Assembly (NCBI GenBank): GCA_025603075.1
Contig: MU626374.1
Coordinates: 2,371 to 66,370 of the forward strand
DNA: 64,000 bases
From: Neoconidiobolus thromboides FSU 785
Lineage: Eukaryota; Fungi; Entomophthoromycota
Direction: 5' to 3'
In this document: piece after piece, positions 12,674-24,046 of the stretch
Numbering within the stretch: position 1 is the stretch's first letter
Layout: the number at the start of each line of letters is the position of its first letter
Translations under genes and position numbers: made by a program
Notes under the pieces: generated by a model
Databases searched by the model: none
Seen by the model: the letters and a program-made list of their open reading frames with translations, nothing else
Told to the model about the DNA's origin: nothing

Positions 12674-14835
12674 TGTTGTTTTTATAAAGATAAAATAAGA
12701 TTTAAATTGGATATTTTTAATTACATTGCATTTACAATTCCTATTTTAATTGCCCGTATAAACCAATCACATCATACCATATTTTGTCATTAGCCACGCC
12801 TCTGTTTTATTGGTTAACTATTTAAATCTATTTTAAAAAATGAGCTAAAAATGAGTTGAAGTGATTAAAATTGATTTTTTTTTAGAATTCTGATTTTTGT
12901 TGAAATTGTTCAAAAATAAAGTAACCTCAACCTCATTTATTTTTTTGTTGGATACTGCTGAGAATTGAACTTTAATTATTAAAATCGAAATACAAAACCT
13001 TTAAAACATATTTAAATAGCCTTATGTTTTTAAATTTTGATGCTAAATTCATATGTCTATATTACTAAGCATACTTAAATTCAATGGTACTAAAAGTTTA
13101 TGCTTAATTTATACTCATACAACTAGTAATATGATAGAGCCTAGAGTGTTAATATTGACACAAAATAACTAAGCGTGGGAATATATGAAATGTTTATTGA
13201 AATTGGCAGTTTTACTATAGAAAAAAACAAAAATTAGTGTCTAAAAACTCAAATCATCCAGATTCTCAATTTAAGTCAGTAAAGAAAGTTTTTTTGCTCA
13301 TTAATACCCAGTTAGACGTAAATAATATAGGAAATAAAGTTATATATAGAAATAGTAGTTTCTTAAAGAAAGCGTATGTTTATACTATATGACCTTGTCT
13401 ATTTATTCTTTTGAGCTTTACAGTAAGACATACGATTATCGGATGTAGCCTATTTCAGCTGAAGTCACAGTTGTTACCCCACAGCTAAAAATAAACCAAA
13501 AGATGCTGATATTATAAAGTCTTTAATAAATTTATGATATCACTCTTAGTGACTTTGTATATTATTTTAATATATATCGACCTGGGGTATTTATTATTTA
13601 ATTTGATAAAAATTATGTAAGGTTATTTTTATAATACAGTCAATCATTTTAATTATTGCAGAAAAAGTAAAATTGGTCTTGTTTTATTTTGCAAACTTCA
13701 TTTGGTCTATCATGCAATACTATTTAATTACAACTCGAACCAATGAAATCCCTCTTGCAGTTTTAAACTAAATTCAGTATTATTATTTTAATTTTTTACT
13801 TTTAGGTTTTTATTTAAATAAATTATTGATTTTAGTAATTATTTTTCAATATATTATGAATTTTAGAGGTTATTATTATTAACCTGAAGGTTTCTTTTTT
13901 TGAAATAAGAATAAAGCTTATAAAAATGTTTAATTTTTCTTAGAAAAACTTAAGTGATACCCTCTTATCCTCAACTTTCATAAAGATGGGTATCGCCATT
14001 ATAGATTTTCTGAAGAGTCTCTTTTAAATAACTGCAATGTAATCAAATAAAATACTGCAGCAGAAACAAATCTATAGTGCATGATTTTTGTAAAAATGGA
14101 AGTAATTAACACAATTAACTGTAAAGCTTTTTCTGATTAATACTAATATGATACAAATTATAATAACTACCATTTTTTAAAACAATTTAAAAGAATTATA
14201 TAATATTAAAAAAATTATAATTAAAGAGGAGATTCACTGTAAAAATAAGCATTCTGAAGTAACTATAGTAAAACAAAAATAAAGTTATTTAAGCACTTTT
14301 AACACAATGCTATTAAACTTTCAATGTTTTATAAAAACAAGTTATAACTATCCCCTTTTCAAATCCAGCTAATATACATAACTTATAGATGTTATACTTT
14401 ATCTCAAACTAGTTAAACTTGGACTCAAGCCAATATCCCAGCTAATAGTGTTTAACAATTTTAATTTTGTATGGGTTTTGTACCAAGCTTTAGTGATTTT
14501 AATTAATTTTTAACCCTCTCAATTTTGTTACGACATCAAACTCTAAGCAAACGAAAAGTGATTGGATACTAATATTAAAAAGGGTAAAAGTAGATAAAAA
14601 GATGAATTAACTTGGGGGCCTAAAAATTTATTAAAAGATGGAGATTAGGATAAATAGATAAGTTTAATAAGGTAAAAAACCATAGGTATGCTTCTATTTA
14701 AGAATAAGTTAATAGATAGATACATTAGTACCCAGGAAGCATGAGAGTAAAAGCTATATAAAGAGTACAACACTGATATGTACTAAAATTAAGAGTTCGG
14801 TTTGATATCAGCTTTAAAAGACATATTTAATACTT

Positions 14836-15789
14836 ATGAATTTCCATATTACTTCTATCTTACTATTCGCCTTGACTGGTGTAAGCCAAGCCTATTCCCC
14901 GTGGGAAAGCTTTTTTCCACAAAGTGGAATGAATAACAATATGGATTTTGGTTCTATGTTTAATCAATTTGGTAATGATAAAAATGGTGGCGATGCTCAA
15001 AGCGGTAGTAATTATTTCCCACAGCAAAATAACCAAAATTCTCAAAATAACAATATGAATTTCTGGCCCATTCAAGGAGGTAATAATAATAATTATCGTC
15101 CTCAACAGCAACAAAATAACAACTATCGTCCTCAACAGCAACAAAATAACAACTATCGTCCTCAACAGCAACAAAACAATAATATGTTTCGTCCTCAACA
15201 ACAACAGCAACAGCAGCAGGGTGATGATGACATGAGTGGTAATTATCGTCCTCAGCAACAACAGCAACAACAGCAACAACAGCAACAGCAACAAGGTAAT
15301 GATAACATGAGTAATAATTATCCTCCTCAGCAACAACAACAGCCACAACAACAACAACAGTCACAGCAACAAAGTAACGGTCAATGTAGCAAGCTTGGTG
15401 ACATGCCAAACAAGTACCCATTCACTGTAGAAATGAACAAGAACGCCCCCGGTATACCAAAAGGCCAATGTACTGAATGGGCTGATGGTAGATATTATCA
15501 ATTAACTGGTCAACACGCTATATTCAATGGAGATGCCCATCGTTGGAATGAATTAGCTCAAGGTAAGGCTGGTTGGACAGTTTCTAATACACCATCGGTA
15601 CCTTCAATCGTAGTTATTGAACAATACCAAGCTGGTTCTGGTGTATATGGCCATGTAGCTGTGGTTGAATCTATGAGTGGAGACACTTTCTGTACATCGA
15701 ATTGGAATTCGCCAACCTTAGGTGGATTAACCTTTAAATCTATGAAAACTGGGCCTGGTATCTCCTTCATTAAATATACTGGAAATTAA
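14836..15789 (+). CDS. Secreted CHAP-domain (Cys/His amidohydrolase-peptidase) protein with Gln/Asn-rich repeat region (CHAP-1)
   Basis: Signal peptide MNFHITSILLFALTGVSQA; low-complexity Q/N region; C-terminal GQCTEWA..RY..LTG..GDA..W...G.TVS.TPSVPSIVV...YGHVAVVES..SNWN with catalytic Cys and His; intronless. Confidence 0.9.
   Translation: MNFHITSILLFALTGVSQAYSPWESFFPQSGMNNNMDFGSMFNQFGNDKNGGDAQSGSNYFPQQNNQNSQNNNMNFWPIQGGNNNNYRPQQQQNNNYRPQQQQNNNYRPQQQQNNNMFRPQQQQQQQQGDDDMSGNYRPQQQQQQQQQQQQQQGNDNMSNNYPPQQQQQPQQQQQSQQQSNGQCSKLGDMPNKYPFTVEMNKNAPGIPKGQCTEWADGRYYQLTGQHAIFNGDAHRWNELAQGKAGWTVSNTPSVPSIVVIEQYQAGSGVYGHVAVVESMSGDTFCTSNWNSPTLGGLTFKSMKTGPGISFIKYTGN
15088..15360 (+). repeat. Coding tandem repeats: 30-bp unit (NNNYRPQQQQ) about 3.5 times, then two polyQ-G(D/N)D.MS.NY.PQ units
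   Basis: aataacaactatcgtcctcaacagcaacaa repeated exactly; caa/cag runs. Confidence 0.9.
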
Positions 15790-15891
15790 ATAAAGTTTAG
15801 ATATTTAAATATAAACCAAAATTTTTACAAAATATAAATTTTTATTTTTTTTACAATAGTGATTGAATAAAGATTAAGGACTTAAAAAAGC

Positions 15892-18177
15892 TTATAATTT
15901 TATAGCTCTATAAAAAGAGGCATACATGTTCACTCTGTCTAAGGCAATATTGGACCCTTGCTCACGGATACCCATTGGAGAAACTGAAAAGTTAAATTCT
16001 TCAAAGAGTTTGTTATACCATGGGAATCTAGCAGAGGATCTCCAGAATACATAACCTCCCTTTTTAACTTGAACTGACAATTGTTGGATTTCTTCACGAG
16101 CATCCTTTTCATTAAACCAATCCATGTGGTCCATAAGGATCACTTTAGTTAAAGAACTTGGTTCTAAAGATCTTAATACCTCTAAAATGGAAGAAGTATG
16201 TAATCTCATGGTATCTAATATATTAGTAGACTTTAAACGTTGGAAGTATTTTTGATTGACATAAGATGGGCATGAATCTTGAGTGTATTGTAACTTGAGG
16301 CACAAATGATAGAAATATTGATCGTTTGAGAATAATGAACGGGAAATAATAGGGTCTAAGGTATCGCACATGTATTGGTAAGAAGAACCTTCATTTAACA
16401 ACATGTTCCATTGATTGATAGGTACACCTAATGCTTTCCATAAGAACACTGGGTTGTCTAGCAATTTAATAAACCAAGAATTCAAGATGATGGGACGAAT
16501 AGATTGATTATAAATGCGCTTTTGCTCTTCGATTGTTTTAGCCGAACATAAAGCATCTACTTGTTTCTTAATACCTAAACATTTAATTAAAAATTGGACA
16601 ATGTTAAGAGCATAGCCAGAGCATCCAGTTTTAAAAAAATTATTTTTAGTAAAGCGATCAGTATTTAGTTTCCAGTATTGATAAGCTGGTGAAGACATAT
16701 GAGCAGATAACTTTAAATCCAATAAATTTTCAAAGTTTTCATTAGTACCTTCACCAAACATTTTCCAGAATTCATTATAGCCAAGGGCTTTAATACCAGC
16801 AATCTTAAGCTCCAATAAATGATTTTGGTGAGGATTCATATCAATACAGTGGATTCGTTTAATATCGGCGTGACAAAGGTAATCCAAAGCATTGTCTCCG
16901 GCACTAGTAATAACAAACATTTCATCTTCTGGGTTAAGATCTAACACCTTAATATCTTCTCTTGGGTCTTCCCAAGTAAAGGCGTAAATGTAGGTATCAA
17001 ATTGAGTGTGACATGGTCTAGTAGGATTATATGGCATACGATTTTTAGTGAAAGATAAAGCAGAAGATTGCTTGCTTTCAGTTTCAATTAATTGAGCTGG
17101 CTTAGAAGCTTCAACTTTAGTACTGTTATCAGCGGATTCTAAAACGGGAATGGGTGTTACACTAGAATCTGAGTAAAAATTAGAGGATTTTGGGGAACCT
17201 AACCAAATATAGTATGGGATTTGGACAAGATAAGGAACAATGAAATGGTTACGTCCAGAGAAGGATTTGATGGTACTAAATTTATATTCCAAATAATCAC
17301 GGCGGCATGGATGTAAGTTAATATGATCAAAATCAAACCAGATTTGCCAGAACCAGCGAGTAAACCAATTACATTGACGATTGACTAAACCACCATCATT
17401 TGCAGTAGTTGGTAACACTCTACCAGAGGTATAAAAATCACACACACCAATAAAACCATTGGGAGATAGTAATTGATTTACATTATCAATCACAGGGTAG
17501 AAAGAATCAATCATCGAAAGGCTATAAGACATAGTAATCAAATCAATCTTTTGTTTAGGGTTATTAAGTTGAGGTAAGATAAAGTTGGAAGCATCAGCAC
17601 AGACAACATGTACGTTATCCCATCCATTACGCTTAAATCTTTCACTTGCTACCTTACATAAAGAGGGGGTTAAATCTACTAAATATACCTTATCAAAATT
17701 TTTGATTGGGAAAAAAGAGTTCATTTTTTCAATATTCCAGCCGGTACCACCACCTAAATCAATCCAAACTAAACCTTCTTGTTTCATTTCACTTAATTTT
17801 GAAGCACATAATTTCAACATAGTTGTACGACCTCTCAATAATTGACTACGGGTATCATCATAGATGGTAGCTTGGTCTTTATAGAAAGATTCCAACCTTG
17901 ATTGTTGGTCGCTATTTTTACCTAAAGGTTTAATGAAACAGGAGTAAATGAATTTGAACTGGGATTGAAATTTAGTGTAAGCTAAAAAGATGGTTAATGA
18001 TAGAGCAACCAAGAATAAGCCTAAAGCGCCATAGCTCTTGTCCATCACTTTATTACTAAGGAATTCTCCTAATAGACTAGGATTAAAGGATAAATAGATC
18101 ATTCCACCAGCTACAGCGACTAACAGTATGTTGTAGATGGTAGAGTTGTTTTTTTTTTCTTCTTTTAATGAAGACAT
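15892..18177 (-). CDS. BTA1: Betaine lipid (DGTS) synthase, BtaB methyltransferase + BtaA (DUF3419) fusion
   Basis: 761 aa, intronless; RLESFYKDQATIYDDTRSQLLRGR, WIDLGGGTGWNIE, YIYAFTWEDPREDIKVL, ITSAGDNAL, ILMDHMDWF, DRVNMYASF. Confidence 0.95.
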   Translation of the reverse strand: MSSLKEEKKNNSTIYNILLVAVAGGMIYLSFNPSLLGEFLSNKVMDKSYGALGLFLVALSLTIFLAYTKFQSQFKFIYSCFIKPLGKNSDQQSRLESFYKDQATIYDDTRSQLLRGRTTMLKLCASKLSEMKQEGLVWIDLGGGTGWNIEKMNSFFPIKNFDKVYLVDLTPSLCKVASERFKRNGWDNVHVVCADASNFILPQLNNPKQKIDLITMSYSLSMIDSFYPVIDNVNQLLSPNGFIGVCDFYTSGRVLPTTANDGGLVNRQCNWFTRWFWQIWFDFDHINLHPCRRDYLEYKFSTIKSFSGRNHFIVPYLVQIPYYIWLGSPKSSNFYSDSSVTPIPVLESADNSTKVEASKPAQLIETESKQSSALSFTKNRMPYNPTRPCHTQFDTYIYAFTWEDPREDIKVLDLNPEDEMFVITSAGDNALDYLCHADIKRIHCIDMNPHQNHLLELKIAGIKALGYNEFWKMFGEGTNENFENLLDLKLSAHMSSPAYQYWKLNTDRFTKNNFFKTGCSGYALNIVQFLIKCLGIKKQVDALCSAKTIEEQKRIYNQSIRPIILNSWFIKLLDNPVFLWKALGVPINQWNMLLNEGSSYQYMCDTLDPIISRSLFSNDQYFYHLCLKLQYTQDSCPSYVNQKYFQRLKSTNILDTMRLHTSSILEVLRSLEPSSLTKVILMDHMDWFNEKDAREEIQQLSVQVKKGGYVFWRSSARFPWYNKLFEEFNFSVSPMGIREQGSNIALDRVNMYASFYRAIKL

Positions 18178-20923
18178 ACGATTAATAATAATTACGAATA
18201 AAAGGGCTTAATATATTATAAGGATGTTGAATCACTAATAACGAAATATTAACCTGTTGAAAGATTTAAAGGTATCTAAAAAGATAAAAAAATAAAGCAT
18301 TAGTAATTGGTATTTATAGTTTTCAAAACAATTAATTGATAAGAATAACTCCAAGTATTATTACTAATAATATATATTGTCAATTGTGTCAAACTTTATA
18401 GTGAAGGTGTCAAATTCTAAATTTTGACATATTTCGCCTTCAATTTATTCTTTAATAAATTAATGAGAAAATCAAATTGACAAATTGCTAATCTATTCTA
18501 TAAAATAAAAGGAACTTACAGTATAAACAAAAGGAATAAAAATAGGTTCAAAAAATCTAGAAATTTTTTTATAGTTTTAATATTGTGAATCGAGATATTG
18601 ACTCAACTATTTATACTCTAATTTTTTGAGTTTTAGTAAGTTAAACTACATATACACTAATTTTAATAAAACATTAGAATATCCAAGTGGCCAATAATCT
18701 AACCTATCATTTGGACATGCGCAACTCATAGTTAAATAACTTATTCCCCTAGATACAAATTATTTAATCCAGATGATTAATTTAATTCTTTCACTTCTTA
18801 TCTATGAAACTTTTAAATAATGATAGATTGAACAAAGCTCGAGTTTTAATAATACATCAAAAAGGGGAACTATAAAAAGGCATAATAAAGTGTTTAAAAA
18901 GGGTGTAATAATTCAAAGATTCTTCCTTACCTTATTACACTTTTAATCTAAACTTCGTTTATACCCTCGTTTTTACTCTTCTTTTCTTTCTCTGTTCCTA
19001 ATTTGTAAGTAAAACCTTAGATTTATTTATCCATCTTTTCTCGAGTTAGAAATAGCACTTATTATTGGTGCAAAAATATTTAATATTGTCAACCTTTTTT
19101 TTATTAAGGGTGACATCACCTTTCTTTATTCTTTTTTTGGTTACTTAATAGGCCATGCTTTCTTAATGACTCAAGTTCATTGGTTGAAGCGCCATTTAAC
19201 TAAAAAGATTATAATTTTTTTAAGTATTTTAATCAAGGGTAAGAACTTTTAAAAATTAAAACCCGTTTTAGCTATTTGTAAGGTTATATCTCAATAAACT
19301 TTAACAAAATGGAAATTGCTAATTGGTCCTTGACTTATCCCATGTCATCCTCCTTTTTATAGTTTTTGTTATACTATGGTTAAATAAGTGCTATTAAAAC
19401 TTGCTTGCGTTTAATGCTATAAAAATTTATATTGATAACAAAATGTATGCTAGTCTTTATTTTGTTTTACATTTTAAATACACTTTTGTATTGATTTAAA
19501 ATTCGAAATGGAGTTTAAGAAACTATACAATTTTGGATATTGAGAGTTTTTTAGTATTTATTTTATAAATTATTATATATTGTAATATAGTAACCTGTTT
19601 TTAACTAAAACTAAATGATAGTCATTATATTTACTTGCATTTATAAAATATCATAAAAGTTAAATTAATTTTATAAATGTACTTTTATAGATATCAAAGA
19701 AGTTGTATTTTAATCTAAAATATGAATTCTTGCCTTTCTATTATAAATATTGATATATAGTTTATTTTTATTTGTAAAAAAATATAATGAAAGTTATTCT
19801 ATTTAAAAAAATTCAAATAAAGTCAAAGACTATATTATACAATATTTTAAACTTTTTAGCCTTACATTACATTCAAATTTAGCAACAATTTACTTTAAAA
19901 CATTCATTTATTTTTATAAATTATGTGAAAATGGTAGTGTTTACTAATAGTTTTAACTAATCTAGCAAACATTTACAAAGTCTTTTAACTACTAGCGTGG
20001 GGAACATTAATGATTGAACTATAGATTATATAAACAAATGACCTATGTATCACAAAACAAATGTTGAAAGATCAAAATTTATTATCTAATACTACAGGTT
20101 AGGAAGGCTGCCTTATGTACTTATTGAGGGATCAACTCCCCAACAGGACAGGCCATAACTGAGCACCATAACCATCAGATTAGCCGACCCCAAAAACATG
20201 AATTATTGAATGTAAATTTTGGCCTAGTATTTCATCAATTTCAAATAATATTTATTTTATATCGTTGTAATAAACATTGTTTTGTTTTATATCATTAAAA
20301 TGTCAACAAAAGTTTGATTTAATAACATGGTTTTTAATAATTACTTTTATTGCATAAAAAGTATGTGTAAAAAGGTAAAAAGGTAAACTATTAGAACTAT
20401 TTTGTAATTAACTTACTATAGCTTTTGAAACAAAATTTGTATAATGAAAATAGTTCAGGTTAGACTAAATTATTTGCACAAATAAATCACTGTAGATCTT
20501 TATGTTTGTAAGTTTTTTACATCAATATTTTAAATCGTGCTTTTTGAGGTAGTTAAAAAAGGTGCTTATAATAACGGTTTAAATCCTGGTCATGCATCAG
20601 CTAAAAGTTTAATTGACTATCACCTTTGCTTAATTTATGAAATGTAAAATTAATCCAAGTAAAGCTAATAGGAGTTCGAAGATTGTAAAAATTGGAACTC
20701 GAGAATAAGTTGACCAATTAAATAAGCAAATAAGGAAATTGATTTGATTTGATGATTTGCATATTTTTTTAATTTATTAAATGGGGAGATGTTTTTTTGA
20801 TCAGCAAAGAGGAGTACAAAAAACAGCTAAGTTTAAAGCAATAACTATAAGCCATAAATAATACTATTAATAATAATATAAAAATATTATAAAATAGTGT
20901 TGATTATAGTTTTTAAAACTCAA

Positions 20924-21937
20924 ATGTTATTTTATTATATTTATTTCTTATTTTACTTTAATTCTTATTATTGTTCATACTATTATAATCCTAACTTCTA
21001 TTCCAATAGCTATAACTTAATCGCTTATAACAATAACGATAATAGTAATGTAAATAATCAAAACAGTGTAAATGATAGCAATGATAATAATAGTGATAAT
21101 GGCAACATAAACAATAACAGTAATAGCAATGAGAGCAACAGTACTAATATAAATAATAATATAAATACCAATAATATTCCTATAAATAATAACAACAATT
21201 TAAATGAAAAGAAAGTGAAATTAACGTATTATTGGATAGCCATGGAAAAGGATTACCCTTTAAAACCGAACGAAGAAGGAATTAATATTAAAAGTTGTAA
21301 AGATAATAAACAAATAATTAAAAAAGTAAGTAGTCAATACTTTAAGAAGATTCAAATGGAAGGTAGTGGTCTATTGTCAAATAATCAATTTATTAATTGT
21401 GGTGATAAGTATTGTAATTGTTTTGATTTTACAGAGGGTGCTAAAGGCAATAAAAACAATCTATTGATGCCTTATACATCGATTGCAGCCAATGACTTGA
21501 CTTTCAACATAAACATATTTAGTAAAGAAATCAATGGTACATTATTACCAAATAATCAAGTACATAATGGTTGTTTTAGAGTGGATGATACAAGTTGGTC
21601 TTTTAATAATAATCATATTGATTGGTTTGTTTATGATATCAATAACTATAACTATTTGGACAAAAAATTAAACTATAATGAAGTAACTATACAACTAAAC
21701 AGCAACTGTAACATCTTGAGCTATAATAGTACATCAAATAATAGCAGTAGTAATGTCACAACTACCAACGGTACTACAAATAACAGTAATACAAAATATA
21801 ATTATAATTTAAACAATATAACTAATACTATTCCTATTAGTTATATTAATCCTAAGTATAAACCTAATTTTAAACCTATTTCTACTTCTTTAATATCTAA
21901 GTTTAATAATTTTTTTACAAATTATTTTTATAATTAA
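20924..21937 (+). CDS. Secreted 3D (Asp-Asp-Asp)/MltA-like double-psi beta-barrel protein
   Basis: Hydrophobic N-terminus from ATG 20924, Asn-rich linker, then KLTYYWIAME..C..MEGSG..NC..CNCF..LMPYTSIAAND..HNGCFRVDDTSWSF..HIDWFV with three conserved Asp; Asn/Ser/Thr tail. Confidence 0.78.
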   Translation: MLFYYIYFLFYFNSYYCSYYYNPNFYSNSYNLIAYNNNDNSNVNNQNSVNDSNDNNSDNGNINNNSNSNESNSTNINNNINTNNIPINNNNNLNEKKVKLTYYWIAMEKDYPLKPNEEGINIKSCKDNKQIIKKVSSQYFKKIQMEGSGLLSNNQFINCGDKYCNCFDFTEGAKGNKNNLLMPYTSIAANDLTFNINIFSKEINGTLLPNNQVHNGCFRVDDTSWSFNNNHIDWFVYDINNYNYLDKKLNYNEVTIQLNSNCNILSYNSTSNNSSSNVTTTNGTTNNSNTKYNYNLNNITNTIPISYINPKYKPNFKPISTSLISKFNNFFTNYFYN

Positions 21938-22204
21938 TAAACTTTATACACTTACTTTTTATCATTCTCAAATGAATTTAGTTGTCTGAAACTGGATTAC
22001 ATTAGATAACTTTGATTTTTTTAATTTGATATCAAGTCCTTTTATATGAAATTAATGGTTTTAATATTTAATAATTATGAAATTCATATAAAAATTATCA
22101 CTAACAAATTAAAAAACCAAGAGGCATCTAAATGCAACTATTAACTTCAAAATCAAATTTGACCATAAAAACAACTTAGCTTTTTTTACTAATTTTATAA
22201 AAGA

Positions 22205-23375
22205 ATGGGAAGAAAAAATAGTGAATATAATAATGAATATAAAGCAAGCAAAGTAAAAGCTAAATCCAACAGTAAAACTAATAAAAAGAAAGATCAATCA
22301 AAATTTGGGCACTCAAAGAAGCATGATGTTTATTATGATCGATATTTACCTAGCGAGGCTCAAGAATCAGAAGAAAATTCGAACAAATTAAAAATACCGG
22401 TTGCTATGTGGGTAGGTATTTTACTTTAATATAAATCATTTAAATTCATAAGTTAGGACTTTGAACATTGTGATCCAAAACGCTGTTCTGGAAAAAAACT
22501 ACTACGTCAAGGTATGATTGAGCAATTGAAAGTAGGTCAAGTATTTAAAGGTATTGTATTAAGCCCAAATGGTGAACAAATTGTTTGTCCAGATGATAGA
22601 GATCTGGTGGAAAAAGAAGGTATTGCTGTAGTTGAAGCTTCATGGGCTAGAATTGAAGAAGTACCATTTAAAAAAATGAAAATTAGAAATAATCGATTAT
22701 GTAAAGACAATAGTTAGGATTATTTAAGTTCTGTTGATCTTTATTATTATTATAGTGCCTTATCTGGTCGCAACTAATCCAGTTAATTATGGAAAACCTT
22801 ATAAATTAAATTGTGTTGAAGCTATTGCAGCTTGCTTCTATATTACCGGTAAATAAATTAGCAATGATATATAAACTAAGTAACACTTTAGTTTAGGATT
22901 TAAAAAATTTGGCCATAAAATGATGGAAAAATTTTCATGGGGACATGCATTTTATAACTTAAATAGGTAAAAATCGAATTTATTTTTTTATTTAATATAA
23001 TTTTTATTTTCATTTTATTTAGACCTTTATTTCGAATTTATCGACAATGTACTGATACAGAATCTATATTGAATGCACAAGCTGAATATTTAAATCAATT
23101 AGAAATGGAAACAATGATAAAGAATACAAAAAAATTAAGTAAATCTAGTATAAATAAATTGGATCTTTAAACTTACTGTTTTAGCTGTAAATGACGATGA
23201 TGATGAGTTTATTAATCCTAATCATAACTTAAATCAAAATGATGAAGATGAGTCTTCAGGTGTGTCAGAAACGGAAGATGAAGACAATGAAGACAATGAA
23301 GACAATGAAGACAATGAAGAAGAAGGAGAGGAAGAGAGCGAAGAAGAAGAAAAAGATGGTAGTGAAAAAAAATAA
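22205..23375 (+). CDS. TSR3: 18S rRNA aminocarboxypropyltransferase (multi-exon)
   Basis: [66 protein letters not shown], acidic (EDN)n tail. Confidence 0.95.
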
Positions 23376-24046
23376 GATAAAACTAAAAGTAAATTTAAAC
23401 TATAGAAAAGAGATATAAATTAATAAATTTTTATATTTATTTCAAAGTATTTGAATTATTTTAGAAGTTACCTTTTGTGAATAGTTTTAATAATCGCTTA
23501 TTATGGATAGCTGTTTGTTTTAAATTGCTGGAAGGATTAAAAATAGCTTTGATAGGCAATAAAAGATAATATAGCCAATTCACATAAGCCATATTTTAAT
23601 AAAAGTGACATAAATTGTATATTGAATATGAATAAATTAAAAGTTAGTTATCATAGTATTAATATATATCTATTTGTAAGAGTATTAGATTAATCAACTC
23701 CAGTTAAAAAACCTTTGAAAAGATCAAATAAACCAATAAGGCATATTTGTAAAATTTTATAGAATAGTTATAATATCAAACTTTTATGAGTTATATAAAA
23801 CAAATTACTATCATGTATTTGGATGTATATTTATGAAATAATGGGTATGGACAAAAACATAATAGCAATAGATGTATACAAAACTGTTTCCTGAATTAAC
23901 ATATAATTTCGTAAGGATATTGAAAAGATTGTCATTGAAAAGGATAAAATTGAATGTTCTTTATTAAAATCAACTAAAAGTAAGAAAATATTAAATAGTT
24001 TATTTAGAATTCCCTTTCTAAATGTTAGTCATAAATATAATAATAG

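Noticed and set aside
13305-13589. TA-CCCAG ... CTGGGG-TA as a Tc1/mariner MITE
   Set aside because: Only 5 bp of inverted match; not distinguishable from chance
14863-15421. Long antisense ORFs (poly-Leu, poly-Val/Ala) opposite CHAP-1
   Set aside because: Shadows of the CAA/CAG repeat region; no independent coding signal
20030-20200. Locally GC-richer stretch with a small hairpin (gggatcaactccc) as a possible ncRNA/tRNA
   Set aside because: No cloverleaf, snRNA or snoRNA box pattern recognisable; more likely a TE relic
14836-21937. Bacterial contamination as the source of the CHAP/3D genes
   Set aside because: Contiguous with spliced fungal genes, same AT-rich codon usage, eukaryotic signal peptides, and the CHAP paralog has a spliceosomal intron
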